Below, in pieces: positions 24,301 through 36,269 of a DNA stretch of 61,823 bases. The stretch covers positions 1 through 61,823 of the forward strand of contig NIVC01004070.1 of NCBI GenBank assembly GCA_002269645.1, written 5' to 3'. The notes under the pieces are model-generated. The model was not told the DNA's origin and searched no databases. It saw nothing but the letters and a program-made list of their open reading frames with translations. The position numbers and the translations under genes were made by a program. Each line of letters opens with the position of its first letter. Position 1 is the first letter of the stretch. Origin of the DNA: Macrostomum lignano (lineage: Eukaryota).

Positions 24301-25194
24301 CCTCTCTCTTTACCGACCTGCACCGATTGTGTCTATGGCCACGCTTACCGTGACTCACCTCTCTCTTTACCGACCTGCACCTCTTGTGTCTATGGCCACG
24401 CTTACCGTGACTCACCTCTCTCTTTACCGACCTGCACCGCTTGTGTCTATGGCCACGCTTACCGTGACTCACCTCTCTCTTTACCGACCTGCACCTCTTG
24501 TGTCTATGGCCACGCTTACCGTGACTCACCTCTCTCTTTACCGACCTGCACCTCTTGTGTCTATGGCCACGCTTACCGTGACTCATCTCTCTTTACTGAC
24601 CTGCACCGCTTGTGTCTATGGCCACGCTTACCGTGACTCATCTCTCTTTACTGACCTGCACCGCTTGTGTCTATGGCCACGCTTACCGTGACTCACCTCT
24701 CTCTTTACTGACCTGCACCGCTTGTGTCTATGGCCAAGCTTACCGTAACTCACCTCTCTCTTTACTGACCTGCACCACTTGTGTCTATAGCCACGCTTAC
24801 CGTGACTCACCTCTCTCTTTACTGACCTGCACCGCTTGTGTCTATGGCCAAGCTTACCGTAACTCACCTCTCTCTTTACTGACCTGCACCACTTGTGTCT
24901 ATGGCGACGCTTACCGTAACTCACCTCTCTCTTTACTGACCTGCACCGCTTGTGTCTATGGCCACGCTTACCGTGACTCACCTCTCTCTTTACTGACCTG
25001 CACCGCTTGTGTCTATGGCCAAGCTTACCGTAACTCACCTCTCTCTTTACTGACCTGCACCACTTGTGTCTATGGCGACGCTTACCGTAACTCACCTCTC
25101 TCTTTACTGACCTGCACCGCTTGTGTCTATGGCCACGCTTACCGTGACTCACCTCTCTCTTTACTGACCTGCACCGCTTGTGTCTATGGCCACG
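21373..25194. repeat. 57-bp satellite, about 67 copies, with higher-order structure
   Basis: Unit GTGTCTATGGCCACGCTTACCGTGACTCACCTCTCTCTTTACCGACCTGCACCTCTT; 19-aa periodic ORFs. Confidence 0.98.
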
Positions 25195-26018
25195 TGCATT
25201 CACATGGCAATGGAAAAGATTTTTCGCGATGTGAATGCTATCGAATAATTTAGAGCACGAATGCATGTAAATCAGTCTATCTTTGACTTCACGTCATAGA
25301 ATAACTTTCCACACTGTGGGTACCACCGCCCGCCGTAAACTGAGCATAATCTTTATGATAATTTACTTTAGATGTTCCATGTCCCTGTTCTATGTTCCCT
25401 GTTGTCTGTTTCCTATTCCCCAGCGCGGCCGGTTAGCAAATACTTAAATAAAAAATCCCTATCTTTGTCGCTGTTTGCCGATCACGCCAATTGCAGAGCG
25501 CCAAACTGGATGCTATCTTAGGCTAGGCTGCTATTCACCGTTGGACTGAAGACCGCGAACTTACTCAGCAATAAAGTAACTGCGAATACAAATGCGTAAT
25601 GTGTGAGATAACCAACGGAGTTTCATTTTCAGTTCCATTTGGATTCACTGACTCGCAGGATTCTCACGCACTGGCAGTGCTTTGTAAGCCGAAGTGCGAG
25701 CGAAGTTCAAGCGGTAAAGCAGTCAAAGTTCTCAAAATTCAATAAATTGAACGCAATTGACCAATGCCTTTTTGATAAATTTTCAGAATTTCTTCGATCA
25801 CGGTATTTTATGCTCTACACTCGTAAATGCATTAAATTAGTTTTTAACATCCTATAATTACCAAGTAGCATGCAGTGCATGGCATGACTCATGCAGCTGT
25901 TTGACCATGTGTAGACTTTCCTAAGTGTCGACTAGGGTTTTATCGAAGCACTTTCACAAGCCAGGTGGAATGTTTGGCTTTCCAAGACAACCGAGTCAAA
26001 TTTTTTTTAGTAGTGTTG

Positions 26019-27168
26019 CATGAGGCATCTGTCTGAGTCATGAGGCATCAGTTTCAGTCATGAGGCATCAGTTTTAGTCATGAAAGCATCTGTCTGAGTC
26101 ATGAGGCATCAGTTTTAGTCATAGAAGCATCTGTCTGAGTCATGAGGTATCAGTTTTAGTCATGAAAGCATCTGTCTGAGTCACGAGGTATCAGTTTTAG
26201 TCATGAAAGCATCTGTCTGAGTCATGAGGCATCAGTTTTAGTCATAAAAGCATCTGTCTGAGTCATGAGGTATCAGTTTTAGTCATGAAAGCATCTGTCT
26301 GAGTCATGAGGCATCAGTTTCAGTCATGAAGCATCTGTCTGAGTCATGAGGCATCAGTTTCAGTCATGAAACATCAGTTTCAGTCATGAGGCATCATTTT
26401 TAGTCATGAAGCATCTGTCTGAGTCATGAGGCATCAGTTTCAGTCATGAAAGCATCTGTCTGAGTCATGAGGCATCAGTTTCAGTCATGAAAGCATCTGT
26501 CTGAGTCATGAGGCATCAGTTTCAGTCATGAGGCATCAGTTTCAGTCATGAGGCATCAGTTTCAGTCATGAAGCATCTGTCTGAGTCATGAGGCATCAGT
26601 TTTAGTCATGAAGCATCTGTCTGAGTCATGATGCATCAGTTTCAGCCATGAAACATCAGTTTCAGTCATGAAACATCAGTTTCAGTCATGAGGCATCTGT
26701 CTGAGTCATGAGGCATCAGTTTCAGTCATGAAGCATCTGTCTGAGTCATGAGACATCAGTTTCAGTCATGAAGCATCTGTCTGAGCCATGAGGCATCAGT
26801 TTCAGTCATGAGGCATCAGTTTCAGTCATGAGGCATCAGTTTCAGTCATGAAGCATCTGTCTGAGTCATGATGCATCAGTTTCAGTCATGAAGCATCTGT
26901 CTGAGTCATGAGGCATCAGTTTCAGTCATGAAGCATCTGTCTGAGTCATGAGGCATCAGTTTCAGTCATGAAGCATCTGTCTGAGTCATGAGGCATCAGT
27001 TTCAGTCATGAAGCATCTGTCTGAGTCATGAGACATCAGTTTCAGTCATGAAGCATCTGTCTGAGTCATGAGGCATCAGTTTCAGTCATGAAGCATCTGT
27101 CTGAGTCATGCAGCATCTGTCTGAGTCATGAGGCATCAGTTTCAGTCATGCAGCATCAGTCTGAGTCA
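26019..27168. repeat. About 20-bp two-variant minisatellite (AGTCATGAGGCATCAGTTTC / AGTCATGAAGCATCTGTCTG)
   Basis: Mostly alternating variants, each carrying the palindrome TCATGA. Confidence 0.97.
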
Positions 27169-27822
27169 TTCCGGTGCATAATACTCAAGCGTGGAAGTCC
27201 AAATTTTTTTAAATATGGTAGACGGCGAATAATTTTGGGTAATTGAGTCGCCCGTACCTTAGCGACGTACTTTAGCAATGTGCAAAAGCTTTTTACGGCA
27301 CAGAAAACACTGACGGGCTGTTGCTAGATATCATCAATAAAAATGGGTGCAATGACAGTAGTGGAACATCTTTTTACAGAGAGAATCGAGCCGATCTAAA
27401 TAATCAATCGGGTTTTGAATTGGCTGAGTGTCTCCAGGAAGTCAGGATTAGCAGTTAGGATGAGTTATGTGTTAAAAATAAAAATTCTGACATTTTTATG
27501 GCACGGAAACGGTATCCAAGACTTGAGCTTCGACAACTCTCGTCGTCTCGGCTTCCATAGCTCACTTGCGGGTAGAAATTAGTATTGAGTAATCGATCCG
27601 AGTCTCTCAACAGAAACTCGTAAGCTACGGCAGCGGAGCGAGTCCCCACCCCTACTCTCTGAATAGTCTGAACACTTACATACTTCTGGCAGATGAAAAA
27701 GCTTCCGATGGAAGGGGAATTTAACTGTGAAAGCACAGCCATGTCCGTTTTGAAATAGTTAATGAAGAGTTAAGGCTGATACGGGAGCAGTTTGAGACGA
27801 TGGCAGCCCACAATGTTTGGCC

Positions 27823-30800
27823 TCAGCGGCCCGCCAGGAAAGGGTGCCGCAGGAGGCCTTCCATGCTGGGCCGCGTGCTCGGATCCTTGATGACGCACTT
27901 GGCGTAGAAGTCTCGCAGGTTCCTGGAGGCTTTGGACGGCAGATCCGGCATGGGCTTGGAGACGATGGCGTTGATCATCTGGCCCTGCGGCAGCCGGCAG
28001 TTGGGCGGGAGGATGCACGCCATCTCGTACACAGTGCAGCCGAAGGCCCACACATCGGACTTGGTGGAGTAAATCACGCGGTCGGCGCTGCAGTCCAGCA
28101 GCTCGGGCGCCATGAAGCACAGCGTGCCGCACTGGCTGGAGCTCGAGTAGGCCACCGTGGTGGTGAAAATCTCCTTAGCCAGGCCGAAGTCGATCAGCTT
28201 GATGATGCCCTCGTTGGAAAGCATAATGTTGGAGCACTTGATATCTCGGTGCAGCACCTTCCGGCTGTGCAGGAAGTTCAAGGCATCGCAAATCTAGACA
28301 AGTGACAGGTATGAACGCGTATAATCAAATCCCTTTCACAGTTCTCAGCGAAGATTAACTTTGACTGAGCATAAAATCTCACAAAAAACGTTTTAGTTAC
28401 CTGGCGTGAAAATTTGCAGATTCCAGCCTCCTCGAATGGCTGCTTCTGGCGCCTCATCAAGTCGCACAGACTGACACCGGAGATGAGCTCCGTGAAGATG
28501 CAGAAGTCGCCGTTCGGAGCTTGTTCGCACTTGAGGAACACCAAGATATTGGGATGCTTCAGGCCGCTGAGGATCTCGATGCCCTTCTTCTCTTGGGACA
28601 CGATGCGAGTCGTCTGCTCGCTCATCAGGCCCCGCAGCTGCACAACCTTAACGGCCACGAACTGGTGCTTGTCCGTGATGGCCTTGTACACCTTGCCGAA
28701 GCCACCCTCACCAATCGGCTTCTTGGATCCGTCATTCTCGCACATGATGTTCCACCTCTTGAAGCTCGCATCGAGGCCCGCACCAGGATATCTGCGACAT
28801 AAGACAGAAGATGATCACAAGTTCACTGGAGCTGAATTTCCAGCTTGCACTTACATTGGGTATTGGAACTGAACTCCAGCTTGCACTTACATATTACAAT
28901 ACATTGGGCATTGGAACTGAACTCCAGCTTGCACTTGCATTGGGTATTGGAACTAAATTCCAGCTTGCACTTACATTGGGTATTAGAACTAAATTCCAGC
29001 TTGCACTTACATAGGGTATTGGAGCTGAATTCCAGCTTGCAATTGCATTGGGTATTGGAACTAAATTCCAGCTTGCACTTACATTGGGTATTGGAACTAA
29101 ATTCCAGCTTGCACTTACATAGGGTATTGGAGCTGAATTCCAGCTTGCACTTACATTGGCTCCTGATCAATCTCCGGCTTTGGCGGCTGCGGCCGGCTCC
29201 TACGCAGGAACCCGCTTTCAGTCATCTTCTCTCTGGCTCCAGGCTCCCGTTTGGTCTCCGTCAGCACTGTCAGGATGGCCCGCTGGTTCGCCTTTTTAGC
29301 GAGAGCCTCTGCGTTTTCTCCCTTCTGGTTTTGCTTCCTCACGCTGCAGCCGCAGCGCACCAAGTAGCTGACCAAATCGGGGTTAGAGCCGTCCATCACC
29401 GCTATCATCAGCGGAGTGTTGCCGTTGGCGTCTGGAGCGTCCATGGGAGCGCCAATGTCCTTCAGAAACTCCACCAGCTCCAGGTTGCCGCTCTTCGCCG
29501 CAAACCAGACGAGCGTTCGGCCCCGGTTGTTCTTGGCCGACACCTTGCAGCCGAGGCCGTGCAGGAGCTCCACCATCTCCTGGTTGCCTTGCTGGGCAGC
29601 GCAGAGAATCGGCGTGTCCCCATCGTTGTCCGCAATGTCCATATTGGCTCCAGCATTGGCCAGTACAGACACAACATCCGTCAGTCCATTGTACGCCGCT
29701 CGCAGGGCAGGACTTATTCCGCGTCTGTTCTTGTGATTTTTGTCACTTCCCTCTTTCAGCAGGTACTTGACGACTTCATCCGGACCCACCTGGCAGGCGC
29801 CGAGAAGGGCCGTCTCACCATTCCTGGTGTTGACGCGAGTCAAAGATACGCCCAGCTTCCTAAGCTCCTTGAGAATTTCAAGATTGGAGGAGTCCGCGGC
29901 GCCCATGGCGAGATCGTAGCCCCGAGAGTTCACGTGCTTCGGGTCCGCGCCAGCTTCCACCAGCATTTGAAACACCGGCAGGGAGCCCTGCTTTACTGCG
30001 CACTCCAGCGGCGTCCTGCCGTCTTCGTCCTCGTGGTCAACTCGGGCACCATGGCGAATCAAGAGGCTCACAATATCCTCGTGTCCATTGTTCACAGCCG
30101 AGAAAATCGGTGTCCTCCGGTTGCAGTTCTCGTGGTTCACGTTGCAGCGCTTGTCCAGAAGGAACTGGACCACTTCGAAATGGTCGTTCTGTGCTGCGCA
30201 GAATAGCGGGGTGTTGCCGCGATCGTCGGTCAGCTCGAAATCGGCTCTCTTGGACTCCAGCAGCTCGATGATGTCCAGGTGGCCATTGAGGGCTGCGATG
30301 AATGCAATGGTCCTCTTCTGCCCCAGCTGCCTGTTGTAGGCCCGGCGCTCGGGGCTGTGCTCCAGCCAGAACTCGATCACGCGGGTGTTGCCCTCCTGAG
30401 CGGCGCTCGTGAGAGTCTTCTCGTGAATGTCCGAGTCGTATTGCAGGCAGTGCGAGACGCCTTCCAGCGAGTAAACCATGTTTAAGTTGCGCTTTGCGAG
30501 GGCCACGTCGGCAGCGGAGAGGCCCTTGTTGTTGAGATGGCGCACGTTGGCGCCCTTCTCAATGAGCAGGTCGGCCGCATCGTCCTGGCGGTTCATGGCG
30601 GCCATGATGAGCGGCGTGTCGCCATCCTCGTCCACCGCCTCGATGTCCGCTCCAAGCTCCAGTAGCTCCTTCATCACCTCCAACTGACCTTCGTGCGCCG
30701 CCACGTGCAGCGCCACGATGCCCTTGTTGCCGCGAGCGTTGGGGCCGCCGGCCTTGCGCACCAGGGAGCGGCACTGCTGCCTGTTCCCTACGGCCGCCGC

Positions 30801-30935
30801 CTCCATTAAGCCCTTCACGCTCGACGACATGCTTGTGACGCTCTGGAGATCGTCAGCAGACACGCCGAATAGTGCGGCCAGCTGCATCAGGGCCTGCTGC
30901 AGCTCCTGAACTTGCTGTCGCTGGCCAGAGTCCAT
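27823..30935 (-). CDS. Ankyrin-repeat Ser/Thr protein kinase (STE/NEK-like domain), 880 aa; exons 30935-29155, 28791-28401, 28293-27823
   Basis: Many ankyrin repeats (G.TPL..AA..G...V..LL..GA) in exon 1. The phase-2 join AT|A links to YPGAGLD...GEGGFGKVY, VAVK, HRDIKCSN, DFG, GTLCFMAPE, DVWAFG. All junctions are GT-AG and in frame. Confidence 0.88.
28830..29158. repeat. 36-bp intronic minisatellite, about 9 copies, unit contains the 5' splice site
   Basis: Minus-strand unit CCCAATGTAAGTGCAAGCTGGAATTTAGTTCCAATA; the outermost copy is the real exon/intron junction. Confidence 0.92.
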
Positions 30936-32770
30936 GGCTGCAGGGTTGGATCTGAATGAACCAGGTTTGGTAGTTTCGATGTAGAGTTCCAAATGTTTCG
31001 ACAGGGATATCTTTTAGTAGGGCTAAGTAAAATCAACAAGGCTCGCTGCTGCTACATGTATCTCACTTTGTGTACAATTTTAGCTTGCATAATTTAGATA
31101 TGTTTAGCGCTTGCTGCCCAGGTTTGCTACTGTTAGTAGAATGTTTGAAATATTTTGGTGCCTTGTAGAAGTTTTGTGACTCGTTCTTTACTATCTATCT
31201 GTTGAAAATTATAGAAAAGATTTAATTCTTGAGAAATTGCCATTTAAAAATAGATAAAATGATAATCTACTGAATGTGCTTAATTAACCCTGTAATTCAT
31301 GGGTTTTACTCATCATGAGCTAAATGTAACTTATGTACAGTAATTAACCATTCAGTAATGTAGTTGGTAAAATTGTCTTCACTACAAAAGGCCCGACAGC
31401 TCTGCCATCTGAGTTCTCATATAGGTAGAAAAGCAAAAAAATTGCACATTTCTATCCATAGGATTTACTGAATTAACAATTAACAAGCGCGTCAATGCTG
31501 ACTAAAGTTGCCGATTTCTGAATGGCGCGCTACTGCAAGGCTTGAAATGACCGATTCGGGCGTTATTTTGAAATTTTAGAGAGCGTGAAAACTTACATAA
31601 TTAATTTTTTTGCGATATCCTTGTGCCAGTGGAGCTGAATACCTGCGCTGAGCTTACGAGCGTTAGCGGGAGCGCAGGGTGGCTCTTATGCGCCGCCATC
31701 CATGGGGTGGCCGCGCGCTTGCTTGTACTTTGCCCCCCCGCCACCCAGAGACAGGGTGGACTGCCTGCCTGCCTGCCTGCCTGCCCTCCTCTCTGCGCTC
31801 TGCCTGGCTGCTCTCGCACTTTCTTGCTGCGTACGCGCGGGAGAGAATGAGCGGTGGAGAGGAAAGAGCAGCGGAGGGTTGGCGCTGGCAGTGGCTACAG
31901 TTTTCAGTTGACTGCAGCAGGGCTACCAGCTGAAACAATGAGGCACTTCAGACTGCTGGGTTGCAAATCGAAATGAAAGAAAACCGCGATGCAGATGCAA
32001 CTGTTGAGAACGGCACAGACAGAGGGATGAGCGCTACAGATGCTCATTGCTCTCGAGCTGAGCAGAGCTGTGAGGGCCCGATGCAACTCGGATGCTGGCG
32101 AGCCGTTTGACTCGAAGATTTAATTGTTTTTACACCAGCAAAGACTCACCGAAAGCAGTAGAGAAGGTTCTGGAAAAGTTAAGGAAAATTTAGCTAATAT
32201 AGATATGCAAGCATGGAAACGACCTGAAATTGACGGATGTACCTTGTATAAATTCATTCCTTTTGAGTACAGCACATTGTGGCAGTGCAAATGCGCTGTG
32301 ACGGTTCTGGGCATAATTTCGGCGGCCTCCGCTACTACTAAATAGCTTATATTGTTTGTATGCAATACCGATAATTCAGTAAAATCTGCAATCGAGCTGT
32401 GTTTGAAGACTCATAATGATCAAATTGTAGACAGAGTAGCGATAAGAAGCTGAGCACATTTCCAGGTTTTGGAAGCCAGTATTTGCTACACAATCAGGCT
32501 TTTGCAGACGCAAAACTTTCAAAGCAAATACTTATCAGCTCGGGTACATGTACTAAGAGGCTTGGTGAGCTCACAAAAAGCTGCATGGCATAAACTGTCC
32601 ATAAAAAAACTCAAAGTCTATTTAAACACAGCATTAACAACGAAATCGGTTAATGACTTTGTAAACAAAATCGTATTTACATCATCGTATTTACTGTAAA
32701 CAGAATCGCTATTTCTATGATCTAGCGATTCAATGAGACTTCATCAACAACAGTGACTAAGAAAACATAA

Positions 32771-33432
32771 GCTAGATGTACATCAGCTACATGTACATCA
32801 GCTACATGTACATCAACTACATGTACATCAGCTACATGTACATCAGCTACATGTACATCAGCTATATGTACATCGCTACATGTACATCGCTACATGTACA
32901 TCGCTACATGTACATCAGCTACATGTACATCAGCTACATGTACATCAGCTACATGTACATCAGCTACATGTACATCAGCTACATGTACATCAGCTACATG
33001 TACATCAGCTACATGTACATCAGCTACATGTACATCAGATACATGTACATCAGATACATGTACATCAGCTACATGTACATCAGCTACATGTACATCAGCT
33101 ACATGTACATCAGCTATATGTACATCAGCTACATGTACATCAGCTACATGTACATCAGCTACATGTACATCAGCTACATGTACATCAGCTACATGTACAT
33201 CAGCTACATGTACATCAGCTACATGTACATCAGCTACATGTACCTCAACTACATGCATATCAACTACATGTACATCAGCTACATGTACATCAGCTACATG
33301 TACATCAGCTACATGTACATCAGATACATGTACATCAGCTACATGTACATCAGCTACATGTACATCAACTACACGTACATCAGCTACATGTACATCAGCT
33401 ACATGTACCTCAACTACATGCATATCAGCTAC
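32771..33432. repeat. 15-bp minisatellite TACATCAGCTACATG, about 44 copies
   Basis: Direct reading; MYISY/LHVHQ periodic ORFs. Confidence 0.97.
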
Positions 33433-33795
33433 TTAGCGTGATACTCATCATGCAAGGCATACTGAGTGCTTGTTTTGCTGTGATTCGTGTTGGCTAAAGT
33501 TTGCATGACATTTCTTCAGTAGTATCGTTCAAATTTTAATTAAAAACTGTCCAAGCAACGTAAATAAAGTTGATAAAATTTCTGCAAATTGCCAAAGATT
33601 TTTATTGATAAAATTTTGTGAATTTCAAAGCAATTTTTTCTTTTACATGCATTTGATGCGTAGTTAGTAAGGCCTGAAATTATTGACTTATAAAAGAGTA
33701 AACTCGGGTGTTTGCTCGCTCTGAAAAACCTTTCAAAAACCTTCTGAGGTGCTAGCGAGACACATGCGGCAGGTCCAGTTGAACATGAGCAAAGT

Positions 33796-34890
33796 CTACG
33801 TCATCACGATGTCGCTGTTCACGAAGGTGGCATAGTAGTGCTTGCAGCAGCAGTTCTGGCGCAACCTTCTGACATCGCTGCTCTTCACGCTGAAACCCGA
33901 GACGATGGAACTTGAAAAAAATCCTCGAGTAGAGAGACCGAACTGCTCAAACAAGCAGAGGTGCGCGCCTGACTTACCAATAATGCTTTGCACAGCTGCT
34001 GCAGCTATAGTCCTGGCAGCAGACGTACATTTGTACATGGCCGCTGTGTCTGCAGCAGCATGGCAGTCGCGATCTCCGCAGCGGATTCGGCTCATTGATG
34101 TTCTTCCACTGTGCATAGTTTTGCAACCAGCTAAAATGCATACTGAGGAGTTTCATTCGGCTCCAGATAGCAACAGACTGCAGGGGCCGCGGCCCCAATA
34201 GCCCACCAAAACTGAATCCTTCCAAAAGCAAAACAGAAGACGCCAACAAGCCATCTCTTGGACAGGGCATCTATGCAAACACCGAGAGGTAGCGGCGCCC
34301 ACCTGGAGAAGGGGGGCCACCTGAAGAAGGGGGGCCACCTGGAGAAGGGGGGCCACCTGGAGAAGGGGCACCCCCTGGAGAAGGGGGGCCACCTGGAGAA
34401 GGGGGGCCACCTGGAGAAGGGGGGCCACCTGGAGAAGGGGGCACCCCCTGGAGAAGGGGGGGCCACCTGGAGAAGGGGCACCCCATGGAGAAGGGGGCAC
34501 CCCCTGGAGAAGGGGTGGAGAAGGGGGGCCACCTGGAGAAGGGGCGCCCCCTGGAGAAGGGGGGCCACCTGGAGAAGGGGCGCCCCTGGAGAAGGGGGGC
34601 CACCTGGAGAAGGGGGGCTACCTAGAGAAGGCGCGCCCACCTAAGAGACAGGCGCACCCACCTAAGAGACGGGGGCGCGCACAAAGAACAAGGTGTTTTG
34701 TCTATGGTGAAACCTCACTTCCAAGAAACGAAATTTTTGCATTTCGCACTTTGCAGGCATTCCACCTCCAGACGGGGCGCCCAAAAGGCACCGAATGCTG
34801 TCGCACCCGGGGATTTGAGGCCCCAGTACAAACTGCAGGGTGAGCAGCTTACCGGCAGTTCCGACAGCTCCGGCAGCAGCGGTTCCCCAT
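33796..34890 (-). CDS. Small Cys-rich protein, 101 aa, with N-terminal MGNRCC lipidation-type motif; exons 34890-34853, 34130-33978, 33910-33796
   Basis: Two GT-AG introns (CG|GTAAGC..TTTTAG|C; TG|GTAAGT..TTCAAG|T), both phase 2 and in frame, give MGNRCCRSCRNCRWLQNYAQWKNINEPNPLRRSRLPCCCRHSGHVQMYVCCQDYSCSSCAKHYCSIVSGFSVKSSDVRRLRQNCCCKHYYATFVNSDIVMT. Confidence 0.7.
34299..34643. repeat. G-rich 18-19 bp minisatellite (GGCCACCTGGAGAAGGGG) in intron 1 of the Cys-rich gene
   Basis: Direct reading; variable G-run lengths. Confidence 0.92.
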
Positions 34891-35138
34891 GGAAACTCTG
34901 GTGAATGTTACTCGCAAAAATAGCAGGAACTTACGAGTAGTTAAGTGATGTTTCCGGACCTACTTGCAACAATATTTTGTTCTAACTGTATGCTCATATT
35001 CAGCTTCAGATGGGTTTACAATAAATACATTAAGAGAATTACTGTGTGACCATCTACAAAGTTGTACCGCCTTCAGCCTCCCCCCATGAGCAGCATGGGG
35101 CTGTACTGTCTGCAGTCATCTGGTACTTCCTAAATGGA

Positions 35139-35358
35139 GATTCGGCCATAGAGCTGAGCTCACACGGGGCTGTACCGCATTCGATCATAGAGCTGAGCTC
35201 ACACGGGGCTGTACCGCATTCGGTCATACAGCTGAGCTCACACAGGGCTGTACCCCATTCGATCGTACAGCTGAGCTCACACAGGGCTGTACCGCATTTG
35301 GTCATACAGCTGAGCTCACACGGGGCTGTACCCCATTCGGTCATACAGCTGAGCTCAC
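35139..35358. repeat. 39-bp minisatellite, about 5.5 copies
   Basis: Unit CATTCGATCATAGAGCTGAGCTCACACGGGGCTGTACCG. Confidence 0.9.
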
Positions 35359-36269
35359 TGAGCATACCATAAGAAAAGTCAGTTATACAATACTATAGGA
35401 CAGAATCTGTTACGCCAAAGCTACATGTGCTAGTTTGGTCATTTTATTCATTGCTTAGCAGTACTGTATATTTAGCAGACAAAATCAAACAATTTTGATA
35501 GAGTCGGATAATTCTGAATTTGTTTTCGTATTAAATGGAAGTAATGGATGCTGGTAGAAGTCTTATGTATAATGTTATAGCTGTATAATATTTTGTAAGA
35601 GGATTTGAACGAAGGACAGCTGGCTGTTGGATATTTGTACAGAGTTCAACTAGCTGATGAGACTCAGTTCAGCGTAGTTCCTTTCCCAAAAAGCTAAAAA
35701 TTGTGCCCCCAATACCTCAAACCAGTTTATGAAGCCCCCAGTGTCGCAGACAACCTCCCTAAGCCGCATCAGGTGTTTGCGTGCTGGCAGCAGCAGGGCT
35801 CCTTTTCGCCCTTACTTCTCGCTTCTTCTTTCACTCGTCTAAAAAGTTTTTGGGCTCCTCTGTTCGATGGTGTGCTTGGAAATACTCGTAACTTTCAAAA
35901 GACTGACATATCGTGAATGAACGACAACTTACTTGCAGTTTTCACATTGACAAATATAAAATAGCCAAAAGAACGTTAAACTTTTTTTGCAGCACATTTA
36001 GTATCTGCCGCTCGCCAAAAATTAGAGTTCCGTGAAGCAGCACAGCTTTATTGTGGCTCTGGTTCAAGATCTGCCTGCCTACAGAAGCATGCTGAATCAC
36101 AATACACATTTCATAGTTGCCAAACACGGTAGTACTGATCACATTAGGACATTGCGTCGTATTTATTCTAGGTCGAATATTGTTTGAAATGTTTCAAAGC
36201 AATTATCAGGTAGTTCCCTATGCCGTTTACAGCCACAGTAGTTTGAGTAGTTTGAGTTTGATGCGCATC

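Noticed and set aside
21487-25266. Long periodic ORFs in the 57-bp satellite (Cys-rich frame; basic protamine-like SHGKRGHRHKRCRSVKREV frame)
   Set aside because: A stop-free unit whose length is divisible by 3 gives open frames automatically. There is no unique start, splice or terminal context. The same applies to the ORFs over the 14-, 15-, 21-, 24-, 27- and 39-bp arrays.
31600-32345. Short ORFs upstream of the ankyrin kinase
   Set aside because: No recognisable motif or consistent splice structure.
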